Source of the DNA: Hormiphora californensis
Taxonomy: Eukaryota; Animalia; Ctenophora
Assembly (NCBI GenBank): GCA_020137815.1
Contig: CM035352.1
Location: 5,642,001-5,706,000 of the forward strand
Reading direction: 5' to 3'
Length of the DNA: 64,000 nt
Below, one piece after another: positions 23,191 to 35,955 of the stretch. The position numbers were made by a program, and so were the translations under genes. The notes under the pieces are model-generated. The model had not been told where the DNA came from. It saw nothing but the letters and a program-made list of their open reading frames with translations, and did no database searches. Each line of letters begins with the position of its first letter. Position 1 is the stretch's first letter.

Positions 23191-24459
23191 TGCTATAAAA
23201 TAGATATTTGATATAATAGTTCGCTAGGATAAAACGTGCAAAAAACATGCACAAATGTATGAAAAATGCAAAATGGAGTAGGCTTGCAATGCACAACATC
23301 ATACTTTGCCTACTTAATATAATACAAAAAACAAGTGATTTACATTAAATTTCACTATATATGGTGAAGAGACAGCTATATTAGGGACGCTTTGTACAGG
23401 TAATCTGATGTAAAGTTACATGACCTGACTCAGTAAACCTCCTTCCACAGTAGGAACAAGCAAAGGGTTTCTCACCCGTGTGTATTCTCATGTGTGTTTT
23501 GAGATTACTCTTCTGATTAAATGTTTTACCACACACCTCACAGCTGTGTGGTTTTGCACCAGAGTGTACCAGTTGGTGTCTATTGTAGTTCTGTAGCACT
23601 GTAAACCCCTTTTCACAGTACTCACACTGGTAGGGTTTAACACCACTGTGGGTTAACTTGTGGGTGGATAACTCATGGAGGGTACCAAATGACATGGGAC
23701 ACACATCACACCGGTGTTGTTTCAATGGATGCTCATTCCTGATGTGCTCGTACAACTCTTCCTGAGATGGTTTCTTCACCCCGCACTGTGTATATTTACA
23801 GTTGAATGTTCTGTTACTGTTGTGGTGTCTGTGTACATGAGCAGTAAGATGACTCTTTTGAACAGCACTGTAGTTACATTGGGTACATTTGAACTCCTTT
23901 TTCTCGGAGTGTGTAGCTTTGTGGTGTTCAAATTGTATCCTGTGATCAGTAAGGTAACCACAATACAAACACTTGTAGGTTCCAACACCCTCGTGTACAT
24001 TCCTGATGTGACTACGGAGTTTCCTTTTATCAGCATATCTCTTATCACATTGAGGGCACAGGTGGATCTTGATCGGTTCAATAGCACGAGTTTGTCTCCG
24101 TTTTATTGTCCTACACTGATGGTTGAGGAGTTCAGCCTCAGTGGTAAACATTCTCCAGCAGTTATCAGTTTTACAGTGAAACTTCATCTCTGAAAACAGA
24201 ACAACAGTGTTACACGTGGCAGAGATGAACTATGAAGTTAAGTGAAGGTAATACACACAGACACAAGTTTGATACACCTACTGAGTAACTGATACTACAA
24301 AGTCACATCACCTACCCATGTCAGGTTCCTCACGGCAGACTTGGTAACCAAGATCAGTGAAATATTCATCACCATAAAACAGTAGCAGTTCTTGACCCAT
24401 TGGGATCGGTTTGTAGGAGTAATACTGGACTGTACCTATCAAAAGAAGAGAGATATAAT

Positions 24460-24600
24460 ATAGATAACCCCGGCTAGTGCAGGGATGAAATTTGATAACC
24501 CCCGACGCAGGAGGGGGTTATCACTAGTTCTCCACGAGGGAGCGAAGCGACCGAGGGGAAGAACGTGTGATAATCCCCGTAGGGGATTATCAAATTCCCA
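24460..24600. mobile_element. Short palindromic insertion replacing intron sequence in copy A
   Basis: atttgataacccc...ggggattatcaaatt with internal hairpins; absent from the equivalent intron in copies B and C. Confidence 0.55.
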
Positions 24601-25620
24601 CCTACATACCTTTGTATACACGCATGAGGATATTCTCTTCACACTGGCCCCTTGCACAGTTGATGAACCGGAGCCAGTTGCTTGATCTGTAGGATGAACC
24701 GTCCACAAAGTGAACACCCTTGCTTGTTTTTACTTTCCATGCATACCCTGACTCTTTTCCACTTGCTTCCAGTTCACGATACTTTTTTGAGTCAACTTTT
24801 TACCCTTGTACTCTCCTGAAACACGTCATTTAATTATACTCACCTGTAGAAAACATGAATTCAATACCCTGTTGTGGCACTAGTTACAGACTTGAAAGTA
24901 GACCATACTGACGGACGACGGTACTAACCAACGATAATCCCTGGTTTGATAAACGTAGCTGCAAAGATACCAAACCCAGCGCCAGGTATTTTAGACTGGG
25001 AAATCTTTATAAAGCTCGGGACTGGGAACTTTTCTGGATCTTTAGTGCCCACAGCAGTAACTACTTCAGGACACGGTTCTAAATCACCATGTAGTTCACA
25101 CACTGATGGGACGAAATCCTTACACCTCCAACAAACTGGAAGAAAATAGGGGAATTATTGGTGCCATGAATTTCGCCCTCATTGGAGCTATCAGGTTTTC
25201 CTTTTTTCGATGTGATCATAGCCATCAGAATACTCGGCAGGAATACTTACAGTAATCATCAGTATCATCATCATCTTCATCTCCAATTTTGTACGAAACT
25301 CCTTCCTTTGCTTTTCTACCAGGATTCTTTCTCACACCAGCCACCATTTCATTCTTAGATTTAGCTGCACTTTCCGATGAATTAGGGTCGTTAAACATCT
25401 TCAACAGGCTGTTGTCTGGATCCTTAATGTCACGGTTCAGGTAGGTCATGACATTGTAATCATCACCCAGAAAATCAAAATCATCTATCTCCTCTTCAAC
25501 AGTGGTGGATGGTGGATTAGTGGATTCCGGGGTCTGGTTTGTAGAGATGGTGTCAGTACCAGCCACTTCTACAGAGGGATTACTGTTTGATTCTTCTGGT
25601 ACACCATCATTATCATCTGG

Positions 25621-26218
25621 TTCGGGGCCTGGCAAGGCCCCCCGACCCGAATATAACCCAAACTCAACCCATCCCCACTAAAACATCCCCCCTAAAACTA
25701 AAACAACGGGGCCGAGCCGACAGGCCCTTAATACCAGATGAAAAAAAAACCATAACCATAACCATAAACCATAGATATTTTTAGAGTGAAAGTTTTGAAG
25801 CCCCCTGAAGTAGTAGAGAGGTGTTCTATGGCTCGTTGGAAAGGTCTCGAGGTCCCGCGACGTATAGGGGGTGTGGCGATGGGTGTGCCCAAACCCATAA
25901 GGGGTAGGACGCGAAAAACAGTCAAAATAAGGGGTATACAGAACTCGGCAATTAGAAGCAGTAGAAAGGTGTTCTAGGGTGCGTTCGAAAGCTCTCGAGG
26001 TACTGAAGTAATTAGAATGTAATTGGAAGTAATTACATGTAATTAAAATGTAATTACATGTAATTAAAGGGTAATTACATGTAATTAAAAGGTCTAAATG
26101 ACCCCAAATGACAATTCAGACATATTTTGACATATTTTGAGGCCCTGAGACCAGCGGGTGGCCAAATTTAATCCGGTTTCGGGTCGGCTGACGTAAAAAC
26201 TCCGCGTTTTGGTCGAGG
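25621..26218. mobile_element. Non-autonomous element with terminal hairpin and internal taattacatg repeats
   Basis: Absent in copies B and C, where tatcatctgg|tattacaatcc is contiguous; begins with hairpin ttcggggcctggcaaggcccc. Confidence 0.75.
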
Positions 26219-27740
26219 TATTACAATCCTCTCAAACTCAATTAGAACATCCAGTACCTTCTTATTGTACCTGCAGGAGAAACCAGGTTATAAAATACCC
26301 CAACTTATTAGGGGGAAACAGAAACCAAATGATGGAGGGAACGACAAAGTGGCTTACTCTTCGGAAGATAGTTCAGACATCTGTTTAGCAATGTTCACAA
26401 TATCAGCAGTGTGTTTGTCAATCTTCTTCAGCTCATCTTCACCAAGAAACTCTTCCTCAGGATCAGGAAACTTTGGAAAACAGGACACTTTGTCTAGATT
26501 ATCCAACTCTCTTTTTAACTCGGCGGCACTAGAAAAAAATAAGAGTTTTGTTTTGTACAAATATGAGATGGTCTTTAGTTAGGGACAATGTTAGATCAGT
26601 GAAGTATCATAACCACACCTGAGTTGTGATAATTCCTCCTTAGCAAGTTTAGTCTCCTCTTCTAAAAACAACTTCTCTTCTTCTGTCAAGATTTCTTCAA
26701 ACTTGTCCAACACATCATTTTCTGATCCAGGACAGAAACCCATCAGTTCTCTAATATCAACAACTGTATCGGGTAGAAAGTTTGATATGACTTTATCATT
26801 AACTAATGAGGATATCATCTCCAAACTGTTTGGAACTGATTGTAGTATCATCTCGTCTGTATCAACTTCAGGTTCCTTGGTATCTTTGTTGATCCTGGGA
26901 GAGAAGTGTGTTAAAATTCAGAGCTAATATTGGGAATATTTTACAAAAAAATTACAATTTCATTGGTGTAGATACGGTAAAGACATGTCGCATGAATGCT
27001 GAGTCGGATGATTCATACTCAATTAATACTCAATTACTTGTTGTGGCTCGTAAACAGCAAATCAGTGATGGTAATGTACTAACTTTCTAGCGACGTGAAT
27101 GAGGTGTTGTGGAACTCTCTCCAAGTCTTCAACTTCTTGTTTAACAAGTATCGGTGATATGTATTTTGGTGCCCGTTCCTTGCCTTTAGCAGGGCGTGAG
27201 AAATCAGGAGTTGGAAGGCAGGGTGTACGGGGTTCACTGCCTCTTGGGTCCACATCTGTATCTTCTTCAAGAGCCTCCAACCCTTCCTTGTACCTCTTCA
27301 TCGCCTCCACATCTGAGGACAATAAGGTTAACACATTCGTTTTAACAGTAGACAGTTGGGACAACTTACACCGCTGCAATCTAACTTTGTCCTTTGTCCA
27401 GGATGATGGTCGGTAGTTGTAAAAGTGGCTGTCAGCTGAGAGCAGACCAACTTCAACCATCTTCTCCCAGTTTTGGTAGATTCTCTGGAAGCGCTTTATC
27501 TCGTACTCAGTGCACTCTTCAAAGTACCTCATTCCCTCGTAAACCTTCCAAACCATGGCTACAAAGATAGGGGTAACGGTGACAATTAATGTGACAATGC
27601 AATGGGTGTTATGAATATTTTAACATCACCAATGTGGGTTCAATAAAACATATTTTGTTTGTTGAGTTAGTACAGCAAAATAAATAATCTTATCATTTAA
27701 TTCATTCAAATTTGCATTACTGAATGTTTATTTATTTAAA

Positions 27741-30700
27741 TTACTCGGGACGCTTTGTACAGGTTATTTCATGTGAAGTTACATGACCTGACCGATAAAA
27801 CCTCCTTCCACAGTAGGAACAAGCGAAGGGTTTCTCACCAGTGTGTATCCTCATGTGGGTTTTGAGATGACCCTTCTGAGTAAATGTTTTACCACACACC
27901 TCACAGCTGTGTGGTTTTGCACCAGAGTGTACCAGTTGGTGTCTATTGTAAGTCGTCAACGCTGTAAACCCCTTTCCACAGTACTCACACTGGTAGGGTT
28001 TAACACCACTGTGGATTAACTTATGGCTGGATAACATCTGGGCAGTCCCAAATGACATGGGACACACATCACACCGGTGTTGTTTCATTGGATGTTCATT
28101 CCTGATGTGCTCGTTCAACTCCTCCTGAGATGGTTTCTTCACCCCGCACTGTTTATATTTACACTTGAATGTTCTGTTACTGTTGTGGTGTGTGTGCACA
28201 TGAGCAGTAAGATGAACCTTTTGAACAGCACTGTAGTTACATTGGGTACATTTGAACTCCTTTTTCTCGGAGTGTGTAGCTTTGTGGTGTTCAAAATGTC
28301 CCCTGTCATCAGTAAGGTAACCACAGTACAAACACTTGTAGGTTCCAACACCCTCGTGTACATTCCTGATGTGACTACGGAGAAAGTCTTTTTTAGCATA
28401 TCTCTTATCACATTGAGGGCACTGGTGGATCTTGTTCGGTTCAATAGCACGATTTTGTTTCCGTTTTACTGTCCTACACTGGTGGTTGAGGAGTTCAGCC
28501 TCAGTGGTAAACATTCTCCAGCAGTTATCAGTTTTACAGTGAAATTTCATCTCTGAAAACAGGACAACAGTGTTACACGTGACATATATTATATCTGAAC
28601 TGCATGAAATAATGTCCTTCCCTGTCCTTAACTGTCCTTAACTGTCCTTAACTGTCCTTAACTGTCCCTAACTGTGTTAATTGCCTTCGATATTGTTCAC
28701 TATAGCCTAATTTTATAAAAACACTGATTCTGGGTGTTCTAACTTTTTTTTACAAAGACGAATTTCCAATAAGTCACCTACCCATGTTAGGTTCCTCACG
28801 GCAGACTTGGTAACCAAGATCAGTAAAATAGTCATCACCATAAAACAGTAGCAGTTCTTGGCCCATTGGGATCGGTTTGTAGGAGTAGTACTGGACTGTA
28901 CCTATCAAAAGAAGAGAGATATCAGTTATCACACGATAATGGACATGGATTGAATATTGATTAACGAAGAAGTTCACAATTTAGAAAACATACATCAGAT
29001 TTTAATTTCTAGTTTCCATCTACATACCTTTGTATACACGCATGAGGATATTCTCTTCACACTGGCCCCTTGCACAGTTGATGAACCGGAGCCAGTTGCT
29101 TGATCTGTAGGATGAACCATCCACAAAGTGAACACCCTTGCTTGTTTTTACTTTCCACGCGTACCCTGACTCTTTTCCACTTGCTTCCAGCTCACGATAC
29201 TTCTTTTGAGTCAACTTTTTGCCCTTGTATTCGCCTGTCGAAAACATGAATTGAATACACTGTTGTGGCACTAGTTACAGACTTGACAGCTACAGAAGAC
29301 GGTACTTACCAATGATAATGCCAGGCTTGATAAACGTAGCTGCAAAGATACCAAACCCAGCGCCAGGTATTTTAGACTTGGCAATCTTTATAAAGCTGGG
29401 AACTGGGAACTTTTCTGGATCTTTAGTGCCCACAGCAGTAACTACCTCAGGACACGGTTCTAAATCACCATGTAGTTCACACACTGATGGGACGAAATCC
29501 TTACACCTCCAACAAACTGAGGGAAAATAGGGGTTATGGGGATGTTATTGGTGCTATTTATCTCACTCTCGTTAGAAAAAATAAGTTTAATAAGTGTAAT
29601 GAAAACGATTGGGAGGGGTTGATGTAGCCATCACAATACTTACAGTAATCATCAGTATCATCATCTTCATCTACAATTTTGTACGAAACTCCTTCCTTTG
29701 CTTTCCTACCAGGATTCTTTCTCACACCAGCCACCATTTCATTCTTAAATTTATCTGCACTTTCCGATGAATCAGAGTCGTTTAACATCTCCACCAGGCA
29801 GTTGTCTGGATCCTTAATGTCACGGTTCAGGTAGGTCATGACATTGTAATCATCACCCAGAAAATCAAAATCATCTATCTCCTCTTCGACAGTGGTGGAT
29901 GCTGGATTAGTGGATTCCGGGGTCTGGTTTGTAGAGATGGTGTCAGTACCAGCCACTTCTACAGAGGGATTACTGTTTGATTCTTCTGACACACCCTCAA
30001 TATCATCTGGTATTACAATCCTCTCAAACTCAATTAGAACATTCAGTACCTTCTTATTGTACCTGCAGGAGATATCAGGTTATAAAATACCCCAACTTAT
30101 TAGGCGGATACAGAAAATAAAGGAGGAACGAAGTGGCTTACTCTTCGGAAGACAGTTCAGACATATGTTTAGCAATGTTCACAATATCAGCAGTGTGTTT
30201 GTCAATCTTTTTCAGCTCATCTTCACCAAGAAACTCTTCCTCAAGATCAGGAAACTTTGGAAAACAAGACACTTTGTCTAGATTATCCAACTCTCTTTTT
30301 AACTCGGCGTTACTGAAAAAAATAAGAGTTTTCAGTTTTGTTGTGTACAAATATGAGATGATCTCGAGATTCGAGTTAGATTTCAGAGGAAATCATTGAA
30401 GTATCATAAGCACACCTGAGTTGTGATAATTCCTCCTTAGCAAGTTTAGTCTCCTCTTCTAAAAACAACTTCTCTTCTTCTGTCAAGGTTTCTTCAAACT
30501 TGTCCAACACATCATTTTCTGATCCAGGACAGAAACCCAGTAGTTCTCTAATATCAACAGCTGTATCGGGTAGAAAGTTTGATATGACTTTATCATTAAC
30601 TAATGAGGATATCATCTCCAAACTGTTTGGAACTGATTGTAGTATCATCTCGTCTGTATCAACTTCAGGTTCCTTAGTATCTTTGTTGATCCTGGGAGAG

Positions 30701-31346
30701 AAGTGTGTTAAAATTCAGTGCTAATATTAGGAATATTTTACAAAAACATTACAATTTCATTGGTGTAGGTAGGGTATATATGTCGCATGAATGCTGAGTC
30801 GGATGATTCATACTCAATTAATACTCAATTACTTGTTGTGGCTCGTAAACAGCAAATCAGTGATGGTACTAACTTTCTAGCGACGTGAATGAGGTGTTGT
30901 GGAACTTTCTCCAAGTCTTCAACTTCTTGTTTAACAAGTATCGGTGAAATGTATTTTGGTGCCCGTTCCTTGCCTTTAGCAGGGCGTGAGAAATCAGGAG
31001 TTGGAAGGCAGGGTGTACGGGGTTCACTGCCTCTTGGGTCCACATCTGTATCTTCTTCAAGAGCCTCCAACCCTTCCTTGTACCTCTTCATCGCTTCCAC
31101 ATCTGAGGACAATAAGGTTTACACATTGGTTTTAACAGTAGACAGTTGGGACAACTTACACCGCTGCAATCTCTCTTTGTCCTTTGTCCAGGATGATGGT
31201 CGGTAGTTGTAAAAGTGGCTGTCAGCTGAGAGCAGACCAACTTCAACCATCTTCTCCCAGTTTTGGTAGATTCTCTGGAAGCGCTTTATCTCGTACTCAG
31301 TGCACTCTTCAAAGTACCTCATTTCCTCGTAAACTTTCCAAACCAT
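27741..31346 (-). CDS. PRDM9-like histone methyltransferase / C2H2 zinc-finger protein, copy B, apparently intact, 9 exons
   Basis: SSXRD-like GRKAKEGVSYKIVDEDDDTDDY; zinc knuckle CWRCKDFVPSVCELHG; PR/SET SKIPGAGFGIFA..GEYKG..SGYAW..VDG..SNWLRFINCAR..EENI..VQYYSYKPIPMGQELLLFYGDDY; post-SET finger plus 8 fingers in the last exon. Junctions checked are GT-AG and in frame. Confidence 0.88.
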
Positions 31347-31533
31347 GGCTACCAAGATAGGGGTAACGGTGACAATGCAATGGGTGTTATGAATATTTTA
31401 ACATTACAAATGTGGGTTTAATAAAACATTTGTTTGTTGAGTTGGTAGTACATAATTTGGTAGTACATAATTTTATCGTATAAATCATTCAAATTTGCAT
31501 TACTGAATGAGAATCTACTAAAAAGGATGTAAA

Positions 31534-34500
31534 CTACATGGGACGCTTTGTACAGGTAATCTGATGTGTAGTTAAATGTTGTGACTGATTAAACCTCCTT
31601 CCACAGTAGGGACAAGCAAAGGGTTTCTCACCCGTGTGTATCCTCATATGTTTTTTGAGATCACCCTTCAGAGAAAATGTTTTACCACACACCTCACAGC
31701 TGTGTGGTTTTGCACCAGAATGTACCAGTTGGTGTCTAGTGTAATTAGTCTGCTTTGTAAACCCCTTTCCACAGTACTCACACTGGTATGGTTTAACACC
31801 ACTGTGGGTTAACTTGTGGTTGGATAACGCACAGGCAGTCCCAAATGACACGGGACACACATCACACCGGTGTTGTTTCATTGGATGTTCATTCCTGATG
31901 TGCTCGTACAACTCCTCCTGAGATGGTTTCTTCACCCTGCACTTTTTATATTTACACTTGAATGTTCTGTTACTGTTGTGGTGTCTGTGCACATGAGTAG
32001 TAAGATTGCTCTTGTGAACAGCACTGTAGTTACATTGGCTACATTTGAACTCCTTTTTCTCGGAGTGTGTAGCTTTGTGTTGTTCAAATAGTACCCTGTA
32101 ATCAGTAAGGTAACCACAGTACAAACACTTGTAGTTTCCCACACCCTCGTGTACATTCCTAATGTGGCGGCGACGGTCCTGCATGCTGCTATACCTCTTA
32201 TCACATTGAGGGCACTGGTGGATCTTGTTAGGTTCAATAGCACGATTGTGTTTCTGTTTTATTGTCCTACACTGGTGGTTGAGGAGTTCAGCCTCAGTGG
32301 TAAACATTCTCCAGCAGTTATCAGTTTTACAGTGAAACTTCATCTCTGAAAACAGAACAACAGAGTTACACGTGGCAGAGATGAACTATGAAGTTACAGT
32401 GAACCTAATACGCACAGACACAAGTTTGATATACCTACTGAGTAACTGATACTACAAAAACATATTACATACCCATGTCAGGTTCCTCTCGGCAGACTTG
32501 GTAACCAAGATCAGTGAAATATTCATCACCATAAAACAGTAGCAGTTCTTGGCCCATTGGGATCGGTTTGTAGGAGTAATACTGGACTGCACCTATGAAA
32601 AGAAGAGCAATATCAGTTATCACACGATAATGGACATGGATTGATTATTAACATTATTAATTATCGAAGAAGTTCACAATTTAGAAATAGAAAATATACA
32701 GCAGATTTCCAGTTTCCACCTACATACCTTTGTATACACGCATGAGGACGTTCTCTTCACACTGGCCCCTTGCACAGTTGATGAACCGGAGCCAGTTGCT
32801 TGATCTGTAGGATGAACCGTCCACAAAGTAAACACCCTTGCTTGTTTTTACTTTCCAGGCGTACCCTGACTCTTTTCCACTTGATTCCAGTTCACGATAC
32901 TTTTTTGAGTCAACTTTTTGCCCTTATACTCTCCTGTAGAAAACATAAATATAATATACTTTTGACAGTACTGACGGTACAAATGATAATCTCAAACTGA
33001 ATTACAAACTGAACAACACTTACCAATGATAATGCCAGGCTTGATAAACGTAGCTGCAAAGATACCAAACCCAGCGCCAGGTATTTTAGACTTGGCAATC
33101 TTTATAAAGCTGGGAACTGGGAACTTTTCTGGATCTTTAGTGCCCACAGCAGTAACTACCTCTGGACACGGTTCTAAATCACCATGTAGTTCACACACTG
33201 ATGGCACGAAATCCTTACACCTCCAACAAACTGAGGGAAAGTTGGGAATTATTGGTGCCATGAAGTCTCGCTCTCATTGGAGCTATAAGGTTTTCCTCCT
33301 TTTAGATATTATGATTCGATTCATAGCCATTAAAATACTTGTACTTGGTAGAAATACTTACAGTAGTCATCAGTATCATCATCTTCATCTCCAATTTTTG
33401 TACGAAACTCCTTCCTTTGCTTTCCTACCAGGATTCTTTCTCACACCATCCACCATTTCATTATTAGATTTAGCTGCACTTTCCGATGAATCAGAGTCGT
33501 TATAATACATCTCCACCAGGCAGTTCTCTGGATCCTTACTGTCATGGTTCAGGTAGGTCATGACATTGTAATCATCACCCAGAAAATCAAAATCATCTAT
33601 CTCCTCTTCAACAGTGGTGGATGGTGGATTAGTGGATTCCGGGGTCTGGTTTCTAGAGATGGTGTCAGTACCAGCCACTTCTACAGAGGGATTACTGTTT
33701 GATCCTTCTGACACACCCTCATTATCATCTGGTATTACAATCCTCTCGAACTCAATTAGAACATTCAGCACCTTCTTGTTGTACCTGCAGGAGATATCAG
33801 GTTATTAACACCCCAACTTATTAGGGGGAACGAAGTGGCTTACTCTTCGGAAGATAGTTCTGACATCTGTTTAGCAATGTTCACAATATCAGCAGTGTGT
33901 TTGTCAATCTTCTTCAGCTCATCTTCACCAAGAAACTCTTCCTCAGGATCAGGAAACTTTGGAAAACAGGACACTTTGTCTAGATTATCCAATTCTCTTT
34001 TTAACTCGGCGTCACTGAAAAAAGAGTACTTCAGTTTAGATTGTATACAATTATGAAGTGATCTTCATTTAGATTTTCAGAAGGACAATGTTAGATCAGT
34101 GAAGTATCATAACCACACCTGAGTTGTGATAATTCCTCCTTAGCAAGTTTAGTCTCCTCTTCTAAAAACAACTTCTCTTCTTCTGTCAATGTTTCTTCAA
34201 ACTTGTCCAAAACATCATTTTGTGATCCAGGACAGAAACCCAACAGGTCTCTAATATCAACAGCTGTATCGGGTAGAAAGTTTGATATGACTTTATCATT
34301 AACTAATGAGGATATCATCTCCAAACTGTTTGGAACTGATTGTAGTATCATCTCGTCTGTATCAACTTCAGGTTCCTTGGTATCTTTGTTGATCCTGGGA
34401 GAGAAGTGTGTTAAAATTCAGAGCTAATATTGGTAATGTTTTACAGAAACATTACAATATCATTGGTGTAGGTAGGGTAAATACAAGTCGCATGATTCAT

Positions 34501-35052
34501 ACTCAATACTTTTCTGATATCCCTCTCGATTAATTATTGTGGACCGCAAACAGCAAATCAGTGATGGTAATGTACTAACTTTCTAGCGACGTGAATGAGG
34601 TGTTGTGGAACTCTCTCCAAGTCTTCAACTTCTTGTTTAACTAGTACCGGTGATATGTATTTTGGTGCCCGTTCCTTGCCTTTAGCAGGGCGTGAGAAAT
34701 CAGGAGTTGGAAGGCAGGGTGTACGGGGTTCACCGCCTCTTGGGTCCACATCTGTATCTTCTTCAAGAGCCTCCAATCCTTCCTTGTACCTCTTCATCGC
34801 CTCCACATCTGAGGACAATAAGGTTTACACATTGGTTTTAACAGTAGACAGTTGGGACAACTTACACCGCTGCAATCTTTCTTTGTCCTTTGTCCAGGAT
34901 GATGGTCGGTAGTTGTAAAAGTGGCTGTCAGCTGAGAGCAGACCAACTTCAACCATCTTCTCCCAGTTTTGGTAGATTCTCTGGAAGCGCTTTATCTCGT
35001 ACTCAGTGCACTCTTCAAAGTACCTCATTCCCTCGTAAACTTTCCAAACCAT
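31534..35052 (-). CDS. PRDM9-like gene, copy C; one +1 homopolymer frameshift at ~33395 (pseudogene or assembly error)
   Basis: Colinear with copy B; ccaatttttg has 5 T versus 4 T in copies A and B. Confidence 0.78.
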
Positions 35053-35344
35053 GGCTACAACTGGAGTTTACTCTCTCTCTATTTAACCTACTATGTACTA
35101 CTACTGACCAACTTTTAATAACTGTTTAAGTTATCAATTTGAAGCCCCCTGTACACATGTGGTCGATTTTTTTACATGAAGATTGAAGCGTATAGCAACG
35201 TGCAGGTCTGTGGCTTGTTTTTACTTAAAACTTCTCAAGACTCGTTACACACGATCCCTTATTGTTAATTTATGCCTAAAGAATCGGATAAACATAGAAA
35301 AATCTCCAGTTAATTCTGCGTAGGAATCTTTAAAATATTATCTT

Positions 35345-35910
35345 TTGGGCGCTGTTACGATCTGGGTGTTTGGAGGCCTGTTTACAGGTGCCCGCTGCCA
35401 AAAAATACCCTGTACTAAAACGGCTCTCATCGCCAAACCTGAAACCACTCAACCGTTTTGGCGAATCGAAAGTTTATCTGATAGGAAATGCCAAGCCGCA
35501 ACCCCAAACCAAACCCCAGCGCAAACCCTAACCTTACTTTAGTCCTAACTCTTAAAAACCGTGAGTGCTGACACTCCAAACATTGGGAAACGCTGCTGGC
35601 GGGATAAGGCAGGCGCGCTTTTCAAGGGCGCCGTTACGATCTGGGTGTTTGGTGGCCTGTTTACAGGTGCGCGCTGCCAAAAAAGTTGATTCACTAAAAT
35701 GGCTCTAACCGCCAAACTACTCAACCGTTCTGGCTAATTCAAAGTTTATCTGGTAGGAAATGTCAAGGCCTAACCCCAACCCAAACCCCAGCCCTAACCC
35801 TAACCCCACTTTAGCCCTAACCCTAAAAAACCGTTTGTCAGCACTCACGAAACACCCAGATTTTAACGCTGGCCGCTTTTCAACTCCAAACACCCAGGTT
35901 TTAACGTTGG
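35345..35910 (+). repeat. Interspersed repeat, two ~290-bp subunits with internal CCCTAA-like tracts; inverted copy at ~56570-56800
   Basis: gggcgc.gttacgatctgggtgtttgg occurs at ~35347 and ~35627; 35708-35870 is close to the reverse complement of 56645-56799. Confidence 0.75.
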
Positions 35911-35955
35911 TCGAATCTTTCATTCGCGCTAAAAAGACTCCAGCTCCGTTTCCAA

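Larger units (their letters stand above)
23381..27556 (-). pseudogene. PRDM7/9-like PR/SET-zinc finger gene, copy A; exon interrupted by a 598-bp insertion
   Basis: Same exons as copy B, but with an insertion at 25621-26218 inside the RIVIP-DD coding exon. The zinc-finger exon 23381-24189 is intact. Confidence 0.75.

Noticed and set aside
31106-31162. Apparent premature TAA in PRDM copies B and C (VKTNV*)
   Set aside because: Lies within a 57-nt gtaagt...cctcag intron; splicing gives LQRYVEAMK in frame.
35768-35826. CCCTAA telomere-like repeats (also ~56688-56737)
   Set aside because: Short, degenerate and internal to an interspersed repeat; not a telomere.
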